This document shows, in pieces, positions 22,482 through 31,449 of a DNA stretch of 64,000 bases. The stretch covers positions 1,616 through 65,615 of the forward strand of contig CAZZKF010000005.1 in the NCBI GenBank assembly GCA_964654995.1. The letters run 5' to 3'. The stretch's first letter is position 1; each line of letters begins with the position of its first letter. The translations under genes and the position numbers were made by a program. This DNA is from an uncultured Alphaproteobacteria bacterium (GTDB lineage Bacteria > Pseudomonadota > Alphaproteobacteria > CAZZKF01). The notes beneath the pieces are model-generated. The model ran no database searches, was not told the origin of the DNA, and saw only the letters and a list, made by a program, of their open reading frames with translations.

Positions 22482-23110
22482 CCCCCCGACCGATCGATGA
22501 AGCCGGCGATCTTTGCCGCCATCGCCTCGGGCGCGACCTCGCGCCCGAAATGCGTCAGATAGCGCCCGTCGCGGCCCATCAGAAAGACGATGGAGCTGTG
22601 ATCCATCAGATAGTCGTCTTCGTCGCCGGCGCGGGCGTAATAGACGTGATAGGCGCGGGTGATCGCGCGAATCTGCTCCGGCGTTCCGGTCAGCCCGCGA
22701 AAACGGGGATGGAAGTGGCTCAGGTATTCGGCCAGCACCGGCGCCGTATCGCGCGCCGGGTCGACGGTGATGAACAACGGCTGGACGGCCTCGGCCTTGG
22801 CGCCCAGTTCGTCGAGAGCGGCACTCATCACCTGCAGTTCCATCGGGCAGACGTCGGGACAGGAGGTGTAGCCGAAATAGATCAGCATAAACCGGCCGCG
22901 AAAATCATTGTCGCTCACCGTCCGGCCATCCTGATCGATCAGCGTGAACGGTCCGCCGATCTGAACTGCGCGGTGGACCATCTCCGGCTGCGGCTCGGAG
23001 CGGTGACGCAACACCCAGGAGGCGGCGACAACGGCCAGAACCGTGGCCAGCACAAACCATGAAATGCGGGCGATCAGACGGCTGCGGGGAAGCGGATTCT
23101 TGTCGGTCAC
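22478..23110 (-). CDS. senC: SCO1/SenC copper chaperone (thioredoxin fold)
   Basis: 210 aa. N-terminal TM anchor. CxxxC copper motif [12 protein letters not shown], plus a downstream conserved His. Confidence 0.9.
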   Translation of the reverse strand: MTDKNPLPRSRLIARISWFVLATVLAVVAASWVLRHRSEPQPEMVHRAVQIGGPFTLIDQDGRTVSDNDFRGRFMLIYFGYTSCPDVCPMELQVMSAALDELGAKAEAVQPLFITVDPARDTAPVLAEYLSHFHPRFRGLTGTPEQIRAITRAYHVYYARAGDEDDYLMDHSSIVFLMGRDGRYLTHFGREVAPEAMAAKIAGFIDRSGG

Positions 23111-23282
23111 GGGCGCGGTCCTCGAACGTCTGCCCGGGAGATCCCGACCGGGCGACTTGAAAGCCGGGTCCAGCTATTGCATAAAACGGTCGCGGGAGTA
23201 AATACGAGACCCCCGATCCGCCCCGTCGCCCGCTCGGGCCGCGGGGGAGGAACGGGGCGATACCGCAATCAGGAGAAATGAA

Positions 23283-23849
23283 ATGCCGGGCCGGATCGTA
23301 CTGCTTTTCGGCGTCCTGTGTGGCCTCATCCTGGCCTCTTCGGGCCCTGCAAGTGCGCAACTGTCGCCGGACGCCAAGCTGGTCAAGGCCATTCGCGACG
23401 GTGACTTGCGCGAAATTCAGGTCCGGGTGCTCAACGGCGCCAATGTCAACGCCCGCGACGCCGATGGCACGCCGGCTTTGGTGATTGCCGCCGACAAGGG
23501 CGAGGCTTCGGTCGTTCAGTATCTGCTGCGCAACGGTGCGCGCGCGGACTCGGCGGCGCGCAAGACCGGCCTGACGGCGCTGATGGCGGCGTCCGAGCGT
23601 GGCGACACCGCGGTTGTCCGGCTGCTGCTGTCCAAGGGCGCCGACCCCGACGCCACGGACCGGCGCGGCGAGACGGCGCTGATCAAGGCGGCACGGCGTG
23701 GCCGGCGCGGACCGGTCGAGGCGCTGCTCAAGGCCGGCGCCGATTACGACATCGAGGATTATACCGGGCGCACGGCCCTGCAATACGCCCGGGATTCACG
23801 AAAGCGCAGTATTGTCGACATGCTGGAGCGCGCTGGTGCCACCTATTAG
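23283..23849 (+). CDS. ankyrin-repeat protein with signal peptide
   Basis: 188 aa. Signal peptide (LLFGVLCGLILASSGPASA). Four or more ANK repeats (DGTPALVIAADKGEASVVQYLLRNGA, TGLTALMAASERGDTAVVRLLLSKGA, ...). Confidence 0.85.
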   Translation: MPGRIVLLFGVLCGLILASSGPASAQLSPDAKLVKAIRDGDLREIQVRVLNGANVNARDADGTPALVIAADKGEASVVQYLLRNGARADSAARKTGLTALMAASERGDTAVVRLLLSKGADPDATDRRGETALIKAARRGRRGPVEALLKAGADYDIEDYTGRTALQYARDSRKRSIVDMLERAGATY

Positions 23850-23922
23850 AGCCCGCTGACATTTGCCTTGCCGGCGGCCAAGGCGCCGGTCCCGGGCAGA
23901 CCGTCGCCGGCCAAGGCGGAAC

Positions 23923-25320
23923 ATGATGACCACGGACCAGGACTCCCCCACCGCATCTTCGGGGTCGACCGCGTCGGCCACGACCGAACCGTTGCGGGTG
24001 CGCGAACACGTGCGGCTGCGCACCCTGATCTTCATTCGCTGGATCGCGGTGCTCGGCCAGGCGACGACATTGCTGTTCGTTCATTTCGTTGCCGGCTTCC
24101 ATGTGCCGTTGATGCCGGCGGCGGTGGCGATTGCCGCCTCGGTGGTGCTCAATCTGATTCTCACCGCCGCCTATCCGCCGACCCGGCGCCTGACCGACCG
24201 GCAGGCAACCCTGCATCTCGGATATGATCTGCTGCAGCTCAGCGTGCTCCTGTACCTGACCGGCGGGCTGGCCAATCCGTTCGCCGTGCTGATGCTGGTG
24301 CCGGTCACCATTTCGGCCACGATCCTGAGCGGCCGCAGCACCCTGGAACTGGGCGGGCTGGCGCTGATCTGCGTCACCGGCCTGGCGTTCTTCTACCAGC
24401 CGCTCCCCTGGTCGGACGGAGGTCTGGAGCTGCCACCCATCTATATCTGGGGTGTGTGGTCGGCGCTGGTGCTGGGTACCGCCTTCATGGCCACCTACGC
24501 CTGGCGCGTGGCCTGCGAGGCGCGCCGCCTGTCGGAAGCGCTGGTCGCCAGCCGTCTGGCCCTCGCCAACGAGCAGAAGCTTTCCGCCCTGGGCGGGCTG
24601 GCGGCCGCCGCCGCCCATGAGCTGGGAACCCCGTTGGGCACCATCGCCCTGGTCGCCAAGGAGCTGAGCCGGGCCGTCCCCGACGACAGTCCGCTGAAAC
24701 CCGACATCGCCCTGCTGCGTGCGGAAGCCGGCCGCTGCCGCGATATCCTGGCGCGGCTGCTGCACCGGCCGACCCAGACCGATCCGTTTCCGTTCGATGT
24801 GATGCCGCTCTCCGCGGTCGTCGAAGAGGCAGCCGAACCGCATCGCCATTATGGCATCGACATTGCGTTCATCGCCCACGGCGCGCCGGAGTCCGAGCCG
24901 CGGCTGCGACCGGTTCCCGAATTGGTCCATGGTCTCGGCAATATCATTGAAAACGCCGTCGGCTTTGCCCGAAACCGGGTGGAAATCGACATGACCTGGG
25001 ATGACCGCAGCGTCTCCATCACCGTCGCCGATGATGGCCCCGGGTTCGAGCCGCGCCTGCTCGGCTGGCTTGGTGAGCCTTATCTGAGTTCGCGCAGTGA
25101 CGCGAACTCCGGGGAGACGCGCGACGAGGCCGGCGGCATGGGGCTCGGCATCTTCATCGCCAAGACCCTGTTGGGGCGCACCGGCGCCGGTCTGAGCTTC
25201 GCCAACCGCCCCGGCACAGGCGCCGCGGTGACGGTGAACTGGCCGCGGGTCAGCCTTGCAGAACCGCCGGCAGCGACCGAAAACACGACGGCTTTGGCAC
25301 TGGACGCAATTAAAGGGTAG
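23923..25320 (+). CDS. regB: redox-responsive sensor histidine kinase RegB/PrrB/ActS
   Basis: Six TM helices, the RegB-specific redox-box region and the hallmark GGLANPF loop. H-box AAAAHELGTPLGTI. The ATPase G-boxes are present. I chose the start at the ATG pair at 23923; the ORF track begins at 23863. Confidence 0.9.
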   Translation: MMTTDQDSPTASSGSTASATTEPLRVREHVRLRTLIFIRWIAVLGQATTLLFVHFVAGFHVPLMPAAVAIAASVVLNLILTAAYPPTRRLTDRQATLHLGYDLLQLSVLLYLTGGLANPFAVLMLVPVTISATILSGRSTLELGGLALICVTGLAFFYQPLPWSDGGLELPPIYIWGVWSALVLGTAFMATYAWRVACEARRLSEALVASRLALANEQKLSALGGLAAAAAHELGTPLGTIALVAKELSRAVPDDSPLKPDIALLRAEAGRCRDILARLLHRPTQTDPFPFDVMPLSAVVEEAAEPHRHYGIDIAFIAHGAPESEPRLRPVPELVHGLGNIIENAVGFARNRVEIDMTWDDRSVSITVADDGPGFEPRLLGWLGEPYLSSRSDANSGETRDEAGGMGLGIFIAKTLLGRTGAGLSFANRPGTGAAVTVNWPRVSLAEPPAATENTTALALDAIKG

Positions 25321-25321
25321 A

Positions 25322-25921
25322 ATGACTCTAAGACTCGGCCCTCGGGATATGGCGGAAACAGATGAGAGCAAGATGCGCGCGGATAGCAGCGAGAGCAGGG
25401 TGCGACGGCTGCTGATCGTCGATGACGACGCGGCGTTCCGGAACCGGCTGGCACGGGCGATGGAACAGCGCGGCTACCGGGTCGGCGCGGCCGCCTCGAT
25501 CGACGAGGCCATTGCCCAGGCACGCGCCGAGCCTCCCGATTTTGCGGTCATCGATCTGCGCCTCGAGGACGGCAGCGGCCTTGACATTGTCGCCACCTTG
25601 CGCGACCTGCAGCCCGGCGTGCGCATCGTCATCCTCACCGGCTACGGCAACATCGCGACCGCGGTGGCGGCGGTCAAGGCCGGGGCCGTCGATTATCTCG
25701 CCAAGCCGGCCGATGCCGACGATATCGAGGCGGCGCTGCTGGCCGAGGAAGGCGCCAAGCCGCCGCCGCCGGAAAATCCGATGTCGGCCGACCGGGTGCG
25801 CTGGGAACACATCCAGCGGGTCTACGAGCTGTGCGGCCGCAATGTCTCGGAAACCGCACGCCGGCTGCGCATGCACCGCCGCACCCTGCAACGGATTCTC
25901 GCCAAGCGCTCGCCGCGCTGA
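25322..25921 (+). CDS. regA: response regulator RegA/PrrA/ActR (REC + Fis-type HTH)
   Basis: Receiver domain (LLIVDDDAAFRN...DLRLEDGSGL) and the nearly invariant RegA C-terminal HTH (NVSETARRLRMHRRTLQRILAKR). The start could be 25322 or 25349. The ORF-track start at 25256 overlaps regB. Confidence 0.9.
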   Translation: MTLRLGPRDMAETDESKMRADSSESRVRRLLIVDDDAAFRNRLARAMEQRGYRVGAAASIDEAIAQARAEPPDFAVIDLRLEDGSGLDIVATLRDLQPGVRIVILTGYGNIATAVAAVKAGAVDYLAKPADADDIEAALLAEEGAKPPPPENPMSADRVRWEHIQRVYELCGRNVSETARRLRMHRRTLQRILAKRSPR

Positions 25922-25940
25922 ACCCCGAAAGACGGAATCG

Positions 25941-26702
25941 TCAGCCGCCGCGTGGCGGCCGGACCGGGCGGCGCAACCGCGGCGTCGACGCCGACGCCGG
26001 CAGGCGGTGAAGCCACCAGGCGTTCTCGTTGATCGAATAGATCGGCCGGTAGTGGCGAATGGTGGCGGCATCGACCACCCGCGAGATCTGATTGTCCAGA
26101 ATCAGTGTGCGACCGTTCAGGTAGACCGCCAGCACGGCGTGCGGGACGTTAAGATTGAGGTCCTGGAGAACGACGATGCGGAGCTGGTCGGCATCGAAGC
26201 CCAGGGCGCGGAGCGCCATGTATTTGGCGATCGCGTAATCCTCGCAGTCGCCATCCTTGCGCAGGAATTCGACAGGTGTCGCCCAGTAATCCCGGACCCC
26301 CCAGTTGCGCGGGTCGGTGATATAGGGGCTCAGGTTCATGCGCGCGTGCACGGCTTCGACCTGGGAGCGGGGGTCGCGATTTTTCAGATCGGCAATGAAA
26401 CGGTCCCAGTCGCGCAGGAAACAGCGGGAAAAACGGGTCGGCTGGCAGCTCGAAGCGCGGGCGCGTTCGGCCTCGAAGCGGGCCAGCATGCCGGTCCATT
26501 TACCGAACGCCGCGAGCCGGGTGCTGCGGATCTCGATGCTGCCGAACAGGCCGCTTGCCGCCTTGCCCGCCGCCGGCGTGGCGGCGACGGCGCCGCCGGC
26601 AGATGCCAGCGTGATGAGAAGGCCGAAGGCCGCCAGCCATCGCCACCATGACAGGCGTCGATATCGGTCGGCAGGTCTGTGGCTGCGGCCGGCGAGTCCC
26701 AT
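25941..26702 (-). CDS. periplasmic transglutaminase-like cysteine proteinase (BTLCP/LapG-like, peptidase C93)
   Basis: 253 aa. Signal peptide present. The conserved order Cys (DGDCEDYAIAKY), His (NVPHAVLAV) and Asp (LILDNQ) matches the BTLCP catalytic-triad arrangement. Confidence 0.75.
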   Translation of the reverse strand: MGLAGRSHRPADRYRRLSWWRWLAAFGLLITLASAGGAVAATPAAGKAASGLFGSIEIRSTRLAAFGKWTGMLARFEAERARASSCQPTRFSRCFLRDWDRFIADLKNRDPRSQVEAVHARMNLSPYITDPRNWGVRDYWATPVEFLRKDGDCEDYAIAKYMALRALGFDADQLRIVVLQDLNLNVPHAVLAVYLNGRTLILDNQISRVVDAATIRHYRPIYSINENAWWLHRLPASASTPRLRRPVRPPRGG

Positions 26703-26910
26703 GCGCTGTCCCGTCTGTGGCCGGCCGATTCGAAGGGCCGGAGCGGAAATTGTCGGCCGGTGCCGTTAACAAGCTGTTAAGCGTAAAGTCGTTAGCTCTG
26801 GAAGGACGGGCCGCCCCCGGGTTACAAGAGGAGTGCCGGGACGCGAAATCGGCTGCGCGGAGCGGCCATGCCCGGATGGAGACGGGAACCGCGGTTCCCG
26901 AAGGAAGGAG

Positions 26911-29025
26911 ATGGGCCCAGTGCCGGAACCGGTCAGCCGCGTGTCAAACGCCCGGATCGGCCGCACAGGCCTCGCGATCGGGCTGGGGCTTGCCCTGGCG
27001 GTGATTGTCGGCGTTGTTCTGGTGCTCCGCTTCACCGCCGCCGAGCGCCAGCGTGATCTGCGCGCCTGGCAGATCCGCCTCGGCATCGTCGCCGATTCGC
27101 GCGCGGCGGCCGTCAATGACTGGCTGGCCGACCAGATGGGCGCGATTCGCGAAATCGCCGACAACCCCTCGGTGGCGCTCTATCTGACTGAGCTGGCGCT
27201 GGCCGCCGGCGACCCGGACCAGGTGGCGGAGGCAACGGCCCAGGAAGAGTATCTGCGCACCCTGCTGATCACCGTCGCCAGCCGCGCGCGCTTCGAAGGA
27301 CCGCTGCTCGGCCCCGATGTCGCCGCCAATATCGAGCGCCAGGGCATCGCCGGCCTGATGCTCGTGGACGCCGGCGGCCGGCCGCTGGTGGCGACCCCCC
27401 AAGCGCCGCGTCTCGACGCGCGGCTCGACGCGATGCTGGCGGCAGTGCAGGGGCGCAGTCATGCGATCGCCGGTCCCTGGCTGGGCCCGGGCGACGAGCC
27501 GGTTCTGGCTTTCGTCATGCCCATCGCCCCGGTCCAGGGCACCGAGGGCGAGGATGCCCCGGTCGGCTTCGTGATCGGCGTCAAGCGGCTGGCCGAGGGG
27601 CTTTACGAGGCACTGCGCCAGCCCGGCGAGACCGAGGAGAGTGCCCGCACCTATCTGGTCCGGGCCCGCGGCGCGGTGATCGAGTATCTGTCGCCGCTCG
27701 ATGATGCGGCACCGCTGAAATTTACCATGGCCCGCGATACACGCGATCTGGCGGCCGCCTATGCCCTTGACTCGCCCGGCGGATTCGCGCGGCGGATCGA
27801 TGCTTGGAACCGCCCGGTTCTGGTCACCAGCCGAGCCCTCGACGAGGTGCCCTGGGTGCTGGTCCGCACGGTTTCGCTCAAGGAGGCGCTGGCCGAAAGC
27901 AATGCCCGGCGCAGCGCCTTCCTGGTGGTCGTGCTGCTGGCGATCTTCGGCGCCGCCGCCGGCATTCTTCTGGTCTGGCGCCACGGCACCTCGCTGCGGG
28001 CGGCCGCGGCGGCCGAGCGCTACCGCGAGATGGCCGAGCGCCATGCCCGCCTCGGCCGGTTCCTGCGCATTGTCGCCGATGCCCAGCCGACGGCGATCGC
28101 CACCGTCGACGGTGACGGCGTCTACAGCTTCGCCAACGCCCGCGCCGCCGATGACGCCGGCATCGCCGCCGATGATTTCCCCGGCAAGACCATGGCCAGC
28201 GTCCTCGGCCCGGCGAGGGCGGCGCTGTTCCAGCCGCTCAACAAGGCGGCGCTGGAGACCGGCCAGCCGGTGTTCCGGACCCAGACCGTCGACGAGACCC
28301 GCGGCCAGAAGATCATCCGTTCGGCGCATGTGCCGCTGCCCGACGAAGCCTCCGAGCGCCGCGAGGTCCTGATGGTCATGGAGGATGTCACCGAGCTGGT
28401 GCGCGAGCGCGAGCGCCGCGAAGCCAATCTGCGCCAGCTGGTGACCACGCTGACCGGCATCATCGACCGGCGCGACCCGTTTGCGGCGCGCCATTCGGCC
28501 CGGGTTGCCGAGGTGGCGGAGGCGATCGCCGTCGAGATGGGCCTCTCGGATGTCGAGGTGGAAACCGCCGAGATCGCCGGGGCGCTGATGAACCTCGGCA
28601 AGATCCTGGTGCCGGAAGAGGTGCTGACCGCCGCCCGGACCTTGACGCCGGATCAGCTTCAAAGCGTGCGCGAGGCGATCGCCGCCAGTGCCGATCTGCT
28701 GGAAGGGGTGGAGTTCGACGGCCCGGTGGTTGCCACCATTCGCCAGGTTCAGGCGCGCTGGGACGGCGCCGGCGTGCCCGAGGGGCTCAAGGGCGAAGAC
28801 ATTCTGGTCACCGCCCGGGTAGTCGCCGTGGCCAATGCCTTCGTCGGCATGGTCAGTGCGCGGGCCTACCGTCCGGGGCTCGATATGGACGATGCCATCA
28901 ACCAGTTGCTGGCGGATGTCGGCAAGGCCTTCGACCGAGGCCCGGTTGCGGCGCTGGTCAACATTCTGGATAATCGCGACGGCCGCGCGCGCTGGGCCGA
29001 CTTCGGAACACCGCCCGAAGCCTGA
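26911..29025 (+). CDS. membrane-bound sensor protein: TM, periplasmic sensor domain, TM, PAS, then a degenerate HD-GYP domain
   Basis: I chose the ATG at 26911 because AAGGA lies 5 nt upstream. The ORF-track start is 26833. Two hydrophobic helices (about aa 15-40 and 315-340 of this model) flank a ~270-aa periplasmic region. The cytoplasmic part has a PAS-like segment and an HD-GYP fold that aligns motif-for-motif with RpfG-type domains, but the catalytic residues are replaced (see findings). Confidence 0.8.
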   Translation: MGPVPEPVSRVSNARIGRTGLAIGLGLALAVIVGVVLVLRFTAAERQRDLRAWQIRLGIVADSRAAAVNDWLADQMGAIREIADNPSVALYLTELALAAGDPDQVAEATAQEEYLRTLLITVASRARFEGPLLGPDVAANIERQGIAGLMLVDAGGRPLVATPQAPRLDARLDAMLAAVQGRSHAIAGPWLGPGDEPVLAFVMPIAPVQGTEGEDAPVGFVIGVKRLAEGLYEALRQPGETEESARTYLVRARGAVIEYLSPLDDAAPLKFTMARDTRDLAAAYALDSPGGFARRIDAWNRPVLVTSRALDEVPWVLVRTVSLKEALAESNARRSAFLVVVLLAIFGAAAGILLVWRHGTSLRAAAAAERYREMAERHARLGRFLRIVADAQPTAIATVDGDGVYSFANARAADDAGIAADDFPGKTMASVLGPARAALFQPLNKAALETGQPVFRTQTVDETRGQKIIRSAHVPLPDEASERREVLMVMEDVTELVRERERREANLRQLVTTLTGIIDRRDPFAARHSARVAEVAEAIAVEMGLSDVEVETAEIAGALMNLGKILVPEEVLTAARTLTPDQLQSVREAIAASADLLEGVEFDGPVVATIRQVQARWDGAGVPEGLKGEDILVTARVVAVANAFVGMVSARAYRPGLDMDDAINQLLADVGKAFDRGPVAALVNILDNRDGRARWADFGTPPEA

Positions 29026-29081
29026 GCCCGGTATGAGCCGTCCGTATCGGGCGGCGGCGGTTCAGGCAGGATGGGCGAACC

Positions 29082-29906
29082 ATGCAGGTCATCGACAGGT
29101 TGAAGGCGCTGTTGCCCGGGCGATCGCAGCCCGAGCCGGCGCCCCCGCGTGGCCCGGAGGGTACCCGCATCTATGCGGTCGGCGACATTCACGGGCGCGT
29201 CGATCTTCTGGGCGAGCTGCGCGCGCGAATTGCCGAGGACGCGGCGGCGCATTCGCAGGCCCGCCGCGTGATCGTCTATCTCGGCGACTATGTCGATCGC
29301 GGACCGGCCAGCCGCGAGGTCATCGAAACGCTGGCCGGTGAGCCGTTGCCGGGCTTTCAGGAGGTTCACCTGCTGGGCAATCACGAAGACATGTTCATGC
29401 GGTTTCTCGGCGACGTGCGCATCGGCCCGGTGTGGTTTCTGAACGGCGCCCGGGCGACGCTGGCCAGCTATGGCGTCGATGTTCCGGACGCGGCCGATGA
29501 CGAGACCGCGTTCGCCGACATTCAGGCGCGCATCAATGATCAGTTGCCGGCGCACCACCGCGCCTTCCTGCGCGGGCTTCGACCCTGGCACCTGGAAGGC
29601 GACTATCTGTTCGTGCATGCCGGCCTGCGCCCGGGCCGCCGGATCGAGCGTCAGGACATCGAGGACCTGATCTGGATTCGCGACGACTTTCTGAATTCGG
29701 ACGCCGACTTTGGCGCCGTCGTCGTGCATGGCCATTCGATTCGCGAGGCCCCCGAATTTTGCGCCAACCGCATCGGCATCGACACCGGGGCGTATCGAAC
29801 CGGGGTGCTGACGGCGCTGGCGCTCGAGGGCGAGGCCCGCACCATCCTTCAAACCGGGCAGACCGGGCCGCAGGCCGGCGCGACAGATGAACCGGAGACG
29901 CGATAA
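29082..29906 (+). CDS. PPP-family serine/threonine protein phosphatase (metallophosphoesterase, PrpA/ApaH-like)
   Basis: 274 aa. Metallophosphatase motifs GDIHGR, GDYVDRG, GNHE and a GH motif. Confidence 0.85.
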   Translation: MQVIDRLKALLPGRSQPEPAPPRGPEGTRIYAVGDIHGRVDLLGELRARIAEDAAAHSQARRVIVYLGDYVDRGPASREVIETLAGEPLPGFQEVHLLGNHEDMFMRFLGDVRIGPVWFLNGARATLASYGVDVPDAADDETAFADIQARINDQLPAHHRAFLRGLRPWHLEGDYLFVHAGLRPGRRIERQDIEDLIWIRDDFLNSDADFGAVVVHGHSIREAPEFCANRIGIDTGAYRTGVLTALALEGEARTILQTGQTGPQAGATDEPETR

Positions 29907-30001
29907 ATCGCCGCTGGTCGGCCTTTGTTCCCGTGGCGCAACCGCTCCGGATCTGCTATAATTCATCTTAACGTGGCCGCAACCAAACGGTGACGTATCA
30001 G

Positions 30002-30024
30002 CCCCCGTAATACACTTACGGGGA
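30002..30024. other. perfect 8-bp stem-loop (CCCCGTAA-tacac-TTACGGGG) in the phosphatase-yaaA intergenic region
   Basis: The inverted repeat is seen directly. No U-tract follows it. It may be a transcript-end or regulatory hairpin. Confidence 0.3.
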
Positions 30025-30151
30025 CTTTGGAGACGCCATGCTGCAGGTGGTGATTCTCCGGAGCGAGACACGAAATGGCCGCCGGGGTTTTAATCGATCC
30101 CGGCGGTTGCGTTTGCGGCCCCCGCGCGCTGAGACCTGAGGAAACCGCCCG

Positions 30152-30940
30152 ATGCTTGTGCTGATCTCGCCGGCCAAAAAACTCGATACCCTGGCCCCCG
30201 CACCCGTGCCCGACCATACGGTCCCGGAGCTGATCGCGGAGGCCGGTCAGTTGATCGATATCCTCAAGCGATTGGGACCGGCGGAGTTGCAGCGGCTGAT
30301 GAAGCTGAGCCCGAAGCTCGCCGAAGTGGCGCTGGCCCGTCATCGTCAGTTGACAACACGGCTGGGCCCGGACAACGCCAAGCCGGCGGTCTTCGCGTTC
30401 AAGGGCGACACTTACGTAGGCCTCGATGCCGCCAGCCTGACGCCCGCCGACCTGGGCGTGGCGCAAGGTGGCTTGCGCATTCTCTCAGGCCTTTACGGGC
30501 TCTTGCGCCCGCTCGACCTGATCCAGGCCTACCGTCTGGAGATGGGCGCGCGCCTCGCCAATCCGCGGGGGCCGACGCTTTACGATTTCTGGCGCGAGCC
30601 GGTGACGCAAGCCGTCAATGCGGCGCTTGAGCGGGCCGGCGGCGGGCCGGTGGTCAACCTTGCCTCGGTGGAATATTTTTCGGTGCTGCAACAGGAGGCG
30701 CTGGCCGCGCCGGTGATCACCCCGGTGTTCAAGGAAGGGCGCGACGGCAGCTACCGGGTGCTCGGCCTGTTCGCCAAGCGGGCGCGCGGTATGATGGCCC
30801 GGTTCATCATCCGGAACCGCATTGACCGGGCCGACGATCTGCTGGAATTCGCGGATGCCGGCTACCGGTACAACCCTGCCGCCTCCGAACCCGGGCGGCC
30901 GGTGTTCCTGCGCCAGCAGCCGCGCAAGAGCGCGGCATAG
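30152..30940 (+). CDS. yaaA: peroxide stress protein YaaA (UPF0246/DUF328)
   Basis: 262 aa. N-terminus MLVLISPAKKLD and overall conservation typical of YaaA. Confidence 0.9.
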   Translation: MLVLISPAKKLDTLAPAPVPDHTVPELIAEAGQLIDILKRLGPAELQRLMKLSPKLAEVALARHRQLTTRLGPDNAKPAVFAFKGDTYVGLDAASLTPADLGVAQGGLRILSGLYGLLRPLDLIQAYRLEMGARLANPRGPTLYDFWREPVTQAVNAALERAGGGPVVNLASVEYFSVLQQEALAAPVITPVFKEGRDGSYRVLGLFAKRARGMMARFIIRNRIDRADDLLEFADAGYRYNPAASEPGRPVFLRQQPRKSAA

Positions 30941-30947
30941 GGAAAAG

Positions 30948-31100
30948 TCAGGCCCCGCCGGAGGGCTCGCCCTGCGCAGCCTCGGCCTGATGCTGCATCT
31001 GATCGCGCCGGTTGATCCAGCTGCGGAAAACGAAAACCAGCCCGACCATCAGCGCCAGAAGAAAGCCCATGATGGCGAGCGGAAGTCCGAGTTCAGCCAT
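30948..31100 (-). CDS. small single-TM protein (50 aa), unannotated
   Basis: I translated the minus strand by hand from the ATG at 31100. The product is MAELGLPLAIMGFLLALMVGLVFVFRSWINRRDQMQHQAEAAQGEPSGGA, ending at a TGA at 30948-30950. It has one strongly hydrophobic helix followed by a charged tail. It is absent from the ORF track. It is convergent with yaaA. Confidence 0.4.
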   Translation of the reverse strand: MAELGLPLAIMGFLLALMVGLVFVFRSWINRRDQMQHQAEAAQGEPSGGA

Positions 31101-31449
31101 GTCCCTTGCCCCTTGCTTGTCAATATCTGCCGCAGGTTCCGGTTATCTATAGAGCAAATTCGGGCGACATGGAATCGATTCTGTAGCGGTTCCAGGGTAC
31201 CTGCCGGCCAGGCCCTGACCGGGATACGACCGCGCTCCATGGCCCGGCAGCGCATATCACACTGAAGACACTGTAGTTTCTCCACGATCCCCCTTTTTTC
31301 CTGCGGATTTGCCGATATACTTGGCTGCCCCGCGCGGGATCCCGGTGATGGAGGACCGGGACAGGCAAACCGGCGGGCATATAACAAACGCAACAAGAAA
31401 ACCTGCAACGCCGATTCCAAGGATGGCTGCCCACGTGCCGACACCCGTG

